NCBI GenBank assembly: GCA_964016885.1
Contig: OZ024743.1
Location: 100,502,001-100,566,000, forward strand
Length of the DNA: 64,000 nucleotides
Direction of reading: 5' to 3'
Source of the DNA: Eledone cirrhosa
Taxonomy: Eukaryota
The translations under genes and the position numbers were made by a program. This document shows, piece after piece, positions 40,115-52,194 of this stretch. Each line of letters starts with the position of its first letter. The first letter of the stretch is position 1. A model generated the notes under the pieces. It saw nothing but the letters and a program-made list of their open reading frames with translations, was not told the DNA's origin and made no database searches.

Positions 40115-41398
40115 AAGACTTGTGTTTACAAGAAATTTTGACCAATCATCTTGACAACTACAATCTTCCCAATAAGGAATTACCCCTTAAAAAGTTTGGC
40201 TATTTATTTACCATGCTAAAAATTCTAACTCTCTGCAATGGGTGTGAGGGATGATCTTTTCGACTGGTTGAAATCCTTCATTCTCAGCCGAAAAGAAGTA
40301 GTCATGGTTCTAGGACAGCATTCTTCACCATATGAGATGTCATCTGTTCTTGGTCCCCTTTTGTTTGTGGCATATATTAATGACATAGATGCCAACTTAC
40401 AGAATGCCACGGTACTGAAATATGCAGATGACATCAAGCTGTACCTTGAAATCAAAAGGACTGATCCTGAAATCTACAACTCTTTCCTACAATCAGACCT
40501 GGACACAATGCAGCAATGGATCACAGACTGGCTGTGGACAAGTGTACCACCATGCATTTTGGAAGGAAAAATCCAGCGTCCACATACTCCCTCCACAACA
40601 CTGATATCAAGAAGTCCTCTTGTGAACGTGACCTGGGCATTACTGTCAGCAGCGATTTGCGTTGGACAAAGCATGTCTCTAAGATTGTCAAGAAGGCCGA
40701 GGGTGTCTTGGCATCACTCAGCAAGACCTTTGTTAGCCGCTCCCCAGCCATCTATTTAAAACTGTATACAGCTATGGTACGACCACACTTGGAATTCGCA
40801 TCATCAGTCTGGAACCCCTATCTTGCTCAGAACATTGACCTCCTGGAAACTGTTCAGAGACGTGCAACCAAGCGCATACCCTCCATCAGACACCTACCAT
40901 ACTCTGAACGCCTTGCTTCCCTGGGCATGGATTCATTGAAGCTCCGACGTCTGGCAATGGACTTGGTAAATACCCACAAAGTTATTAACCATCTCGCCAA
41001 TTGCAACCCCGAACACCTTTTTGAAATCCATGTGTCTAACACACGTGGACATGCCTACAAAATCAGAAAACAGCACAGCTCCCATGACTTTCGTAGACAA
41101 TTTTTCACGCTCAGAGTTGCTGAAGCATGGAACAAACTGCCTGCGTCAGTTGTTAGCTGCCGAGACACTGCATCCTTTAAGACACTCATGCTTCCCGAAA
41201 TACGCCAAAACTACACCCGATGTACCCCTTCCATACACATGCACACTTGTGTGTATCATGACTCATGCACTGTTCATTTTCCTGACATTTGTACATTATT
41301 CTATGTACTATACATGCACCTTTGATGAGTTGTAGTGCACCTGAGCACTGTACACAATAATTTCATTATTATTATTTCATTATTATTATTATTATTAT
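40115..41398 (+). mobile_element. 5'-truncated CR1-clade LINE (RT 3' half and tail)
   Basis: SVLGPLLF.AYIND..YADD (40238-40759) and ERDLGI...RPHLEF..SVWNP...VQRRATK (40516-41325); (ATT)n tail. Confidence 0.93.
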
Positions 41399-42155
41399 TA
41401 TATGTGAGAGCATGTGTATATATGTTTGGGTGTGTGTATGAGTGTACATATATAAGTTATAAGGTTGACTACAACTAGGAAAAAGAAAATAACATAAAAG
41501 GAATGAAAAAGATGCCTCATGATAGTTTGAGATATTTTATGAACCACTCCCCAAATCACAATACTATTTTCAATGCTGAAATGCAAGTACCATCATTTCA
41601 CAGAGCTTTTTTTTAGGTCAGTGTCTATATCTATTAGATTAAAGGAAAGACTTGAAAGTGAGGACAGACCAGCCATTTAAATACAACATAGAAATTAAGT
41701 ATTTTAATTTGCAGTTTTGACTTCTAGAGCACAGGTTACCAAACTTTTTTGAACTACTGTCCCTTTCTAGAGAATATATTTCACCCATACCTCCACCACC
41801 ACCCACTGTTGATACAAAAAATTACAAGGAACTAATTTGTATTCTCTGCTCCATTCCCCCCCCCCCTTCACATCACTTTAACCCCTTGATTTCCAGTGTC
41901 CCACATGAGTCCCCCATAGCATCCACTTTGGGAATCACTGATTTAGAAGCATTAAAATCTTCATAGCTTAAAAAATGTGTACTTTCATATGCAATATGGT
42001 TTATATTTCCAGTACTAAGTTATAGAAATATAAACAGAACTAATGTCAATACTATTCACTCATTACAATATATAGATATAAAAAGTTTCCAATGTTTATG
42101 TTCATTCACAAATTTTAACATTCAGTACCTGACAAATTTCACCTCACATATGCCA

Positions 42156-42407
42156 AGTAGTGCACCTGAGCACTGTACACAATAATTTCATTATTATTAT
42201 TAAAAGAGGTTTAGTGAATTGGCAGTATCAGTAGAGGGTCGGATGCCATGCTTTGACGCATAGAGTTACGGCCCTTGCCATTATGAGTTCAAATCCCGCC
42301 GAGGTTAACTTTGCCTTTCATCCTTACGGGGGTCGATAAAATAAAGTACCAGTAATACACTGGGCAATTGCTGGCCTTGTGCCAAAAGTAGAAACAATTA
42401 TTATTAT
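42156..42407 (+). mobile_element. CR1 tail stub (42156-42201) followed by a tRNA-head SINE (42208-42407)
   Basis: gtagtgcacctgagcactgtacacaataatttcattattattatt, then gtgaattggcag...gagttcaaatccc...gcctttcatcc...gtagaaacaattattatt. Confidence 0.85.
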
Positions 42408-45400
42408 AAGGTGATACTTCTAAATATTTTCTTAGATAAGAAATTACTATATACAAAACTATGCTCCAGTAGGACCACAGCTCATGGGCTGAAACAGGTA
42501 AAAGAGTAAATGTAATAATTTTAAGCAGAATTTTCTTTTAGATAAGAATCACTCTTTAAAAAATGAGGCAGACATGTTAATTTTTTTAAAGAGGAAAAAG
42601 GAAATATTAACTACAAGATTAGCAATTCAGTAAACATTTTTGAGCTTAATAACCAGAGTCTTTATTATCATTAGTGGTAAACACAATAATAGCTTCTAAA
42701 TTATGTACAAGGCCAGCAAATTTGATTAAATACACTGCAGTATTTGACTGGTTCTTTATTTTATCTACCTCAAGATGATGAAATGGGGTTGATAAAATAT
42801 AGGGTTTGATATTCTCCTTTCCCTAAAATGCTAGCCTTGTACCTAACTCAGAAATCATTATTACCACCACCTCAGAAGTAAAATAGACTAATGAATACTG
42901 CATAATTCACCCAAGCATACTGTATGTAGCTCATCAACAAACTGATGATTAAACCAGTAAATAAGCTTCTGAATGTATCAGTAAATATATAAAAGATTAT
43001 GAAACAAAACTACACTATAGCAAGTAGATGACATAGAAAGTTAATCTTTCAACAAGACTTAAGGAAAATGACTTCTTTGTATTTTTGAAATATTTTTCTT
43101 TTGATAAATATTTTATAACAAATAAAAAAGGAAAATGTTTCTATAGCAAAATGAACTGAAAATTTTGTATAATTTTAACAACAGGGTCATAAAAATAACT
43201 ATGTATTGAGTACATCTAATTCACTTAGTAACATTTTATAATAACTTATCGATCAGCATAAAACTCTCCATGGAATGATCATTTACATTGTCTCATTAAA
43301 AAAACAGGTAGAGTTTGTTAGAACATTAAATAAAATATTTGTGATATTTAGTTACATTCTCGGTTCAAATCCTGGTGCGGTTGGCTTTATTTTATTGATC
43401 CACAGAAGGATGAAAGGCAAAGTACCAGAGAGTTTATATCATTTGGTATTCTTCTAAAGTCCTGTTTTATGTGGTTAAAATCATAATTTAATCCTTTTGT
43501 TACCATATTTCTAATGAAAGATACTACCTGTTATTTTCAATTAATTTTGAAAATAACTAAGTATTAGAAGAGATTTAGTAAATTAACTTTCTCATTAAGC
43601 TGATGTTTGGAGCATAACTTACATAAAATTATAATGGAAGAGATTTTAGATAAATATATATATACAAACACTTTAAAATAACCAGTTTTGTATCATAAAC
43701 CCAGGGGCAGTTTCAGCAGGTTTGGTATGGAAATGGCTAACAACCATGACCAAACAAAGAAAGAAATATTCCCTACTTGCTATGTAAAATCAAACATACA
43801 GATCATCTGACATACTACTAAACAATGTTCCTAAAACCTATCAACATTACAGCCAGATATACAGTGCATGAAGACAACAGACAAAACAGCAAAAAGAAGA
43901 AAAAAAATGCTTGATATAAATAAAAAAGTAAATTCCCAATTGTCTGGCACCAAACAATTTCCTTATTTCACACACTACTTGACCTAGCAGTCTTGCTAAG
44001 CATTATGTTTTATAGATAAGTAAGCTAAATAGCTAACCTCTCTGAATGAAATGACTAACACCTACTGTCTATCTTCCAAACAGTGGTGGTTGCATCCACA
44101 CATTTAGGTAACAATTCTGTATGCTAAGAAGTTCTGTTTTGTGTATCATCTTGTCTCTTGAGAGCTGTAAGAGGTGTGCGTGTGTCTAACTCTTCACAAC
44201 TGCTGTCAGGGTACTTGAACTTAATATAGAATAATGACAGAGGATGATGAGTTACATACAAACTCAATGTAAAAAAACAGATGGTGACAGTACATAGAGC
44301 TTTCTCTTCACACAAAAAAATTAGAATAAAAATAGAAATATAAAACTGGAAAGAAAAAAATATAAATAATTGCTAACTATATAATTTTCTGCCCAATAAA
44401 CCCCATTTGATAAATATGATTTACTGATTTACTTCATTATATCCCTGTGAATTTTATGTAGTCAATCATTTGTCACTAAAGTTTCTGGAAGAGGTAATTA
44501 TAGGAAGTACTTGATTATCACCAAACTGACAGTCTTTATTTATTAGTAACACTCACCCTTTACAACAGATATTCTCAACATTTTTACCATTTCTCATATC
44601 TGGGTCATTTTTTTTTTTCAGATCTAGATTTACAACAGAGTATTTATATATATATAAAAAAATATTTACCTTCCCTCAAATAAAACCTCTCTAAATATTT
44701 AGTGATTGCTAGAAAGGTTTGCATTTTTTTTACTTTAATTTATTTTTTTCTTTCATTTTCTCTATTTTATCAGCCATGTGAATCCCATTTAAAATAGGTA
44801 CACTGTATCTCAGCATGCAGTAAGAAGCAACAAAAGACATAAAATCAAGAAGGGAAGACAGCTGTAAAACATTGCCTCAAAAAGGACCCCATCTTGAGTA
44901 TGAAATCATGGGACTTCTTGTGTTGTTTCTCTACTTCAAAGGTTGAGAAGATTATGTAAATTCATACATTTTCATTAATTATTGTAGCAAGAGCTTTAAA
45001 ACAGTGTCCTTTTAATTCCATCTATTCAAGCAAAGTAAAAAAAAAAAGTGGGTGGTACCTTTTTTTTTAGGGGATTTTGTTTTTCTGTGTTTCTTTTTAA
45101 TAAAATTGACGAAAATAAACAAAGCTCCAATCAGATTATAGAAAAATAAATAAATGAGTTACAAGAGTTTAGATAATTACAAGGGTTTAGATAATTTAAA
45201 GGTTTTACAAAATTGCAGGATGAACATATACCAGGGAATAAAATTTGAAATAATACTAAAATATTTAGAACCACATTGTTTTTGTTCTGATTCTGCTGTT
45301 AACCCTTTTGGTACCAACCCTCCTAAAATTGCATCTGGTTCTATGAAACATTTAAAGGGTTTCTATTTAAATTAAAACCTTCCATCATAATTTGACATAA

Positions 45401-46089
45401 GAATCTTTTATTAAATTTCATTAGAAATACCATCTTAATGAAACAATAATTTTAGTAAATTGTTCCAAATCCATCATTAATTAATTGAAATACAGTGTAT
45501 TTCACAAGAAATAAAGTCATAATATGGTTAAGTAATCACTTAGTTTAGTTAGAGCAATAATAAATCAACATGAGCCAACTGAGAAGTCTTAATCACAAAC
45601 AAAATCAGAAAGAACTTCCCTACTACCTCAACAAAGTAGAAGTTTTAAATAGTAAGGGACAGCAAGCTTTCACTATCTTAGTGGGAGAATACTATGTAGG
45701 TAGCATACAAGACCATCTAAACACTGCTTCACTAAAGGTAATCTCTTAATCACAAAATCTTGCGCTATAATACCAACAGAACAGAAGCATATGAAAGAAG
45801 AAATTATATATATATATATATATATATGCAGTGCCTTTGGTCACTATAAAAGCTTCACGGCACAGGCATTGCTTTATATCTGGAGATCTCTCTGCACTTG
45901 TCATCACATGGTACCATGGGCCCAGCACTATGTGTCAATAATTGTCACAAGTGTAGTGTTTGTACCAGAGTTTTCAAGTCGGTGGCTGGACTAAAAAGTC
46001 ACATTCGTTCAGTGCATCGATAGGGGTTCTCCTACATGGATATAAAGTAGTGGCCATACTCGAAAACGAGTTGGCAGCCACCGTGTGTG

Positions 46090-46121
<32 letters not shown>

Positions 46122-46125
46122 TGTG

Positions 46126-46595
46126 TTCTGGTTTTATAATTTCAAAAAGTTTTACCAATAGAGAGAGAGAGTCGGTTTCTAACAGACAAGACTCTCTCAT
46201 TGGAATTTACACATCAACTAGGTAGATATGTATGTATGTCTGCATGCATGCATGTGTATGTTTTGAGTTGTATGTGTGCATGTGTATATGCTTTGTATCT
46301 GTACATGTGTATATGCAGTTATTAGATGCAAAATTTTGGGAATGTTTTACATATTTTTACTGTTCCATTAATGGATTGTACTTGTAATTTCCTAACTAGT
46401 TGTGTTCTTTCTGTTCCTGTGAAGCCTAGCTTCTCAAGATTTGTATTGAGGCAGTTACTAACATATCCCAGTGCCCCAATAATTACAGGCATAAATCTGA
46501 AGGTGTAATCAGGGTGGAGTATCTGCAGATTTCTCATCAGTTCTGCATAAATATTCTCCTTTTCACTAATCTTTGATATTATATTGGCATCGGTC
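46126..46595 (-). mobile_element. R4/Dong-like (restriction-like endonuclease) non-LTR 3' fragment
   Basis: D.NII.KI.EK...Y.EL......PVIIGALG motif in ORF 46322-46693; the 3' end abuts a (CA)/(CACG) microsatellite. Confidence 0.75.
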
Positions 46596-46654
46596 CTCAA
46601 TGTTGCCATTGACTGACTGACGGTCAAAAATAATACAGATACAATATAGACACA

Positions 46655-46720
46655 AACACATATATATAGTTTATCATAAATCTTTCGTTGCACATCTGCA
46701 ACATCGTCAGTGGTGTTATA
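46655..46720 (-). ncRNA. Hammerhead ribozyme-like motif (type I topology, stem I degenerate)
   Basis: Minus strand reads aacacca CUGACGA U GUUGCA gaug UGCAAC GAAA G a UUUA uga UAAA C UA^ uauaua ugugu. Catalytic boxes intact, perfect 6-bp stem II, CUA triplet at 46669-46667. Confidence 0.6.
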
Positions 46721-47054
46721 TTTTCCTCCTGTTGTGTTGTATGTCTACGCCATTTTTATTCAGTCTGTCTATCATCATCATCAACGTTTAACGTCCGTGT
46801 TCCACGCTTGCATGGGTTTGGACGGGGGTAGTCCCACTTGAGGCAAGAGTGATTGTCTTGCTCGCATAGGACTGTCTGGCAGGTATATTTATTTATTTAT
46901 TTGCTTGTTTGTTTGTTTATTTTATTTTGTCTTCTTTGCGCATGCGTTTGCGTGTGTGTATAGTGTTGTTTGCTGTGGGATGGGTGACTAGTGTGTGTTT
47001 ATGTGCTTGTTGTTATTGTGCTTGTGTATGTATTTATTTATTTATCTTATTTTA

Positions 47055-47575
47055 TTTATATATATATAAATATTTATATATATATAAATATATATAAATA
47101 TTTATATATATAAATATATATAAATATTTATATATATATAAATATTTATATATATATATAAATATAAATATATATTTATATATATATAAATTTATATATA
47201 TATAAATATATATATATAAATATATATTTATAGAAGATATATATTTATAGAAGATATATATATATAGAAGATATATATATATAGAAGATAGTGGACCTGA
47301 TATCACTGCTCTACACCAACACCAAAGCCCAAGTCATTACACCTGATGGGATGACAGAGTTCTTTGAGATACTGGCTGGAGTGCTCCAGGGAGATACATT
47401 GGCTCCCTACCTTTTTATCATCGTAGTGGACTATTGTATGCGCCTTGCACTGGAGAAACACCAGGACTCTGGCTTTACTGTAGCACCGGCTCAGAGCAGG
47501 AGAGTTAGGGCGAAAAAGGTATCGGATGCTGAATTTGCCGACGACATAGTTTTGGTGACAAATATATATAAATAT

Positions 47576-47606
<31 letters not shown>

Positions 47607-47755
47607 CATAAATATATATAAATAAATATATATATATATATACATAAATATATATAAATAAATATATATATATATATACATAAATATATATATATATATA
47701 CATAAATATATATATATATATACATAAATATATATATATACATAAATATATATAT

Positions 47756-47786
<31 letters not shown>

Positions 47787-47858
47787 CATAAATATATATA
47801 TATATATACATAAATATATATATATATATACATAAATATATATATATATATATACATA

Positions 47859-47894
<36 letters not shown>

Positions 47895-47945
47895 AATATA
47901 TATATATATAAATATATATATATATAAATATATATATATATAAAA
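47055..47945. repeat. Complex (TA)n-rich microsatellite array interrupted by an RT fragment
   Basis: Direct reading; source of the spurious YIYI ORFs. Confidence 0.95.
47292..47560 (+). mobile_element. Internal RT fragment of a different non-LTR family (RTEX/RTE-like)
   Basis: Open frame [46 protein letters not shown]...EFADDIVL; no tail or 3'UTR. Confidence 0.85.
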
Positions 47946-48149
47946 ATCATGATCATCATTTCATTTTACGGCCGCTTTTTCCCTGCTTGCAAGGGAGGGA
48001 CGAGAACTGATTCTGGCTTGATTTCTACAGCTGGATGCCCTTCCTAACACCAACCTCATTTACAGTGAGTGCTGGGTGGATTTTGCCGTGGAATGATAAG
48101 GACCCCAGTCCCTACCATCTCATTTCTACAGCTGAGTAAACTGGAGTAA

Positions 48150-49273
48150 TCTATATATATAAAACTGAGGTTGTCTGTCTGTCTATCGATTTTTGGCACA
48201 CATCTCCTCTTAGAATCTCTCACGGAATTGCACCGAAATTGCTATACTTGTACATTGAGCCCTAGCGAAGACATCGGAAAAAAAATATTTCAAATTGACC
48301 CGCCCTATCTGACGAAATCGAATATAATGTATCGATTTTTGAGCCTAAGTGATCAGTTATTTCCCTTTGTTCTGTTTACATTCAGCGTAGCGTCTTACGT
48401 TCTCTTTACATTTTCTGCGTGCAAAAATTAAAAAAATGATTTCCCTTTGTTCTGTTTACATTCAGCGTAGCGTCTTATGTTCTGTTTACATTTTCTGCGT
48501 GCAAAAATTAAAAAAAATTACGCTGGCAAAAATTAAAAAAATTACGCTGGCTTTCTCAGAGTTTAAAATGACATTAACACGCAAAATTCATCAGTTCGAA
48601 CACTAAGCTTCCGTTTTGCTTCATTTCCATTTAAAAGCCTTTTAAAACAATATTTTTACTTGAAAACAAGTCTATTTAAAGACTACGTAAAACAAGAAAA
48701 TATTTCGTAAAAAAAAGCAAAAATTATATAAGTTTATTTAAAATATATGTATCTGTAAATTTGGTTAGGCGTGCAGACAGACAGTCGTGCAGAGAGGTGA
48801 TATACGCGTGCAGACAGACAGTCGTGCAGAGAGGTGATATAGGCGTGCAGACAGACAGTCGTGCAGAGAGGTGATATAGGCGTGCAGACAGACAGTCGTG
48901 CAGAGAGTTGATATAGGCGTGCAGACAGACAGTCGTGCAGAGAGGTGATATAGGCTTGCAGACAGACATAACTGATAATTTGGTTACGCTAATGTTTTTC
49001 TCTGCGTTGCAGTGTTTACATTTTCGATCTTTGTTAATAAATAACCAGTGCAGTTTTTATCCCCAGCATCCTCTTTTGTTATAACATTCGGGTTATCGTT
49101 ATGTTTTCTTAACTTCATAAGGCATATTGTTGGTTGAGGGAATATTAATCAAAAACACCACATGCAAGTCTGCACAGTAGACACTACAGTTTTTAAGCCA
49201 AAAAAGAAACTTAACATTGTAACTTTAACACAGCTACTGAGCGACCCCGAGCAACGCCGGGCTTTACTGCTAA
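48150..49273 (+). mobile_element. Non-autonomous Helitron, 1124 bp
   Basis: 5'-TC...CTAA-3' (CTRR), inserted between A and T with no TSD; GC hairpin cccg-a-gc-aac-gc-cggg at 49246-49261, 8 nt before the terminal CTAA. Confidence 0.9.
48767..48968. repeat. 37-bp minisatellite (about 5.5 copies) inside the Helitron; also an 80-bp tandem duplication at 48359-48518
   Basis: Unit aggcgtgcagacagacagtcgtgcagagaggtgatat at 48767, 48804, 48841, 48878, 48915 and 48952. Confidence 0.95.
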
Positions 49274-49386
49274 TGTGAAATAAAGTGTCTTGCTCAAGGA
49301 CACAACACATCACCCGGTCTGAGAATTGAACTCACAACCTTTCGATTGTAAGGCCAATGCTCTAACCACTAAGCCGCGTGCCTCCA

Positions 49387-49499
49387 TATATATATATATG
49401 ATATATATATATATGATATATATATATATATATATATGATATATATATATATATATGATATATATATATATATATATATGATATATATATATATATATG

Positions 49500-49530
<31 letters not shown>

Positions 49531-49547
49531 ATATATATATATATATG

Positions 49548-49578
<31 letters not shown>

Positions 49579-49935
49579 ATATATGATATATATATATATG
49601 ATATATATATATATGATATATATGATATATATATATATGATATATATATATATGATATATATATATGATATATATATATATGATATATATATATATATAT
49701 ATATGATATATATATAATATATATATATATGATATATATATATATATATATATGATATATATATATATATATATATGATATATATATATATATGATATAT
49801 ATATGATATATATATATATATATATATGATATATATATAATATATATATATATGATATATATATATATATATATATGATATATATATATATATATATATA
49901 TGATATATATATATATATATATATATGATATATAT

Positions 49936-50007
<72 letters not shown>

Positions 50008-50017
50008 TATATATATA
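49387..50017. repeat. About 630-bp G-interrupted (AT)n microsatellite
   Basis: Direct reading. Confidence 0.97.
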
Positions 50018-50129
50018 TTTTGCTTCTGAATTTGTTTAGCAAGATTCTTTATCTGAAAACGTGTGTTGAAGCAGATATTGTTATATATTGGCAACATGAC
50101 CCTACCAAAGCATAACAATATATAAATAT

Positions 50130-50982
50130 ATATATTTATATTTCAACCGATAATTTTATGCAAATTTTTTTAACTTCTGTTGTCACTCTTGTCTTCATAA
50201 GAACAGTGACTATATTTCCATTATTTTTTTTCAGAATAATTGATTATGAATAGTTTTGAACCTCCAAATTTGTGGAAGAGACACAGAGTTCTTCTTGGAA
50301 TCCGCACCAGGAGGACAAATAAGACCAGAAGATCAACTCCCAGAACAACAGGTGGCTCGCTGTCTCATCCAAAGACATGCCCGGAGTCATGCAGACAAAG
50401 TTTCCAGCGACAACATTGGTCCTAGGTGTCGTCTGCAGTCAAGGTTACGTCATGCCACCTCACTTCTTCCCTGAGAGCCTCAAGCTGAAAACCGATGGCT
50501 ACATCCGCGTTCTGAGCGAGGTAGTAAAGCCCTGGATCGACCAGGTAGCTGCAGGTAGGCCGTACGTGTGGCAACAAGATTCAGCGCCCTGTCATACCAG
50601 CCGAAAGACCCAAGCCTGGCTGTCAGAGAACTTCATCGACCACACTTCACCTGACATCTGGCCTCCCAGCTCGCCTGACTGCAACCCCCTCGACTTCTTT
50701 GTGTGGGTCGCACCAGATCTAGCTGCAATACGAAAGACGATCTGAAGGCCAGGATCACAAGTGCCTTTAGGGGCCTAAGTCGGGGGGACAGTGACGAAGG
50801 CCTGTAGCCGGTTCCGAGGCCGGCATCAAAGCTAATGGCGGGTATATCGAGTGAGATCGAAAGAACAAGTCATGAAGACAAACTGACCCAAGTTTGATAA
50901 ATATATATCTTAAAAAATAAAACTACTGTGTTATTTTTTCCTAGACAGTAATCTTGCGAACAGATATCGTCTGCACCTTGTA
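50130..50982 (+). mobile_element. Internally deleted Tc1/mariner transposon, DD37D (maT) type
   Basis: QQD-x37-D spacing in WQQDSAPCH...WPPSSPDCNPLDFFVW (50377-50745). The N-terminus at about 50246 is joined directly to the catalytic half; the right end ...ctgcaccttg is followed by TA. Confidence 0.85.
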
Positions 50983-51040
50983 TATATATATATATATATA
51001 TATATCCAGGGAGTGTAACGTGAAGTTAAAGTAGGTTCAC

Positions 51041-51074
<34 letters not shown>

Positions 51075-51156
51075 GGATTCCTATATTGGGAGGTGACAAA
51101 AGTTAAAAAAGGTACTCAATACACTAGAGTATAGGCATCATTATTTTATTATGAAA

Positions 51157-51337
51157 GGGCGGTGAATTGGCAGTATCGGTAGAGGGCTTGACATGCTTTC
51201 CAGCATAGTTACGTCCCTTTACGATCTGAGTTCAAATCCCGTCAAGGTTAACTTTGCCTTTCATCCATACGGGGTCGATAAAATAAAGTACCAGTAATGT
51301 AATTGCTGGCCTTGTGCCAAAAGTAGAAACAATTATT
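51157..51337 (+). mobile_element. tRNA-head SINE
   Basis: gggcggtgaattggcag...gagttcaaatccc...gcctttcatcc...gtagaaacaattatt. Confidence 0.85.
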
Positions 51338-52194
51338 TTATTATAAATGAAACAGTTCTAGTCCTACAGAAGTCATTTCTATAATTATATATATCATCAC
51401 CATCGATTAACGCCCATCTTCCATGCTAGCATGGGTTAGACGGGTTTATCCCGTTTATATAATTACACACCCTGAATTTACCCGCCAACAATTTGGGCAA
51501 CTTAACCTTCCTCTTTTGAGAAAGGTTACATGATGACGAGCGAATTACTACTATAGTAGAATGCCTCAATGTCTCCCAGCAGAAATACGTTGGATAATAC
51601 AGAACAAAGCCTGCGAATGAAGGAGACTCTCGTTCCATCATGGTAGCACATTTATGACTTGCATATCCATTATGCAACTCATGATGCAGCTTCCCAGAAT
51701 CCCAGAAACCTATCGAAGATTTTTATTGATTTCTATCTACTCAAGACAGTCAATGCTAGTCTTCGACCTGTTTGTATTTATCATTGGTGTGATATAAGTA
51801 TAGCCATACGCTTTTTTGGTGTCACACTTTCTTAACTTGGTGTTCACTCTGGACGAAAATGTATTAAATTCCCACACCATTGAGTGCTTTGTGACTGCTT
51901 CAAACAATTTGATTTATATCTATTATTATTACATATGTTGGGTTGGACAACATTCCTGCTGTTTTTCAAAAGGAGGCATTTTGGTAGAGTTTTCTAGAAA
52001 TGTTGAAAATTGGGCATACACACATATATAAGAATTGACATTGGTATGCGCTATGTGCATTTCTAATTTTCTGTTACATTGTCAAAGGGGAAGTAGCATT
52101 TTATTCATGGCTATTACTTTATGACTTTAAATCTAGCCTAAGCGCAGCTGCATCGAGTTATCACATTAATAATACATTTGGGTTACCATGAAAT

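Larger units (their letters stand above)
47946..49386 (-). mobile_element. Chimeric-tail SINE split by a Helitron
   Basis: 47946-48149 plus 49274-49386 reconstitute the 38435-38776 SINE (…ctggag(c/t)aa|tgtgaaataaag…). Confidence 0.9.

Noticed and set aside
44124-44240. Possible terminal exon FKYPDSSCEELDTRTPLTALKRQDDTQNRTS* on the minus strand
   Set aside because: No recognisable homology, a weak acceptor, and no partner exons identified.
47052-50042. Long ORFs rich in Y/I (up to 232 aa)
   Set aside because: Translations of (TA)n microsatellites; only the 47292-47560 RT piece is real coding-derived sequence.
51450-52190. Possible 5'UTR of the young RTE or a DNA-transposon relic
   Set aside because: No motif, TIR pair or TSD could be established; origin unresolved.
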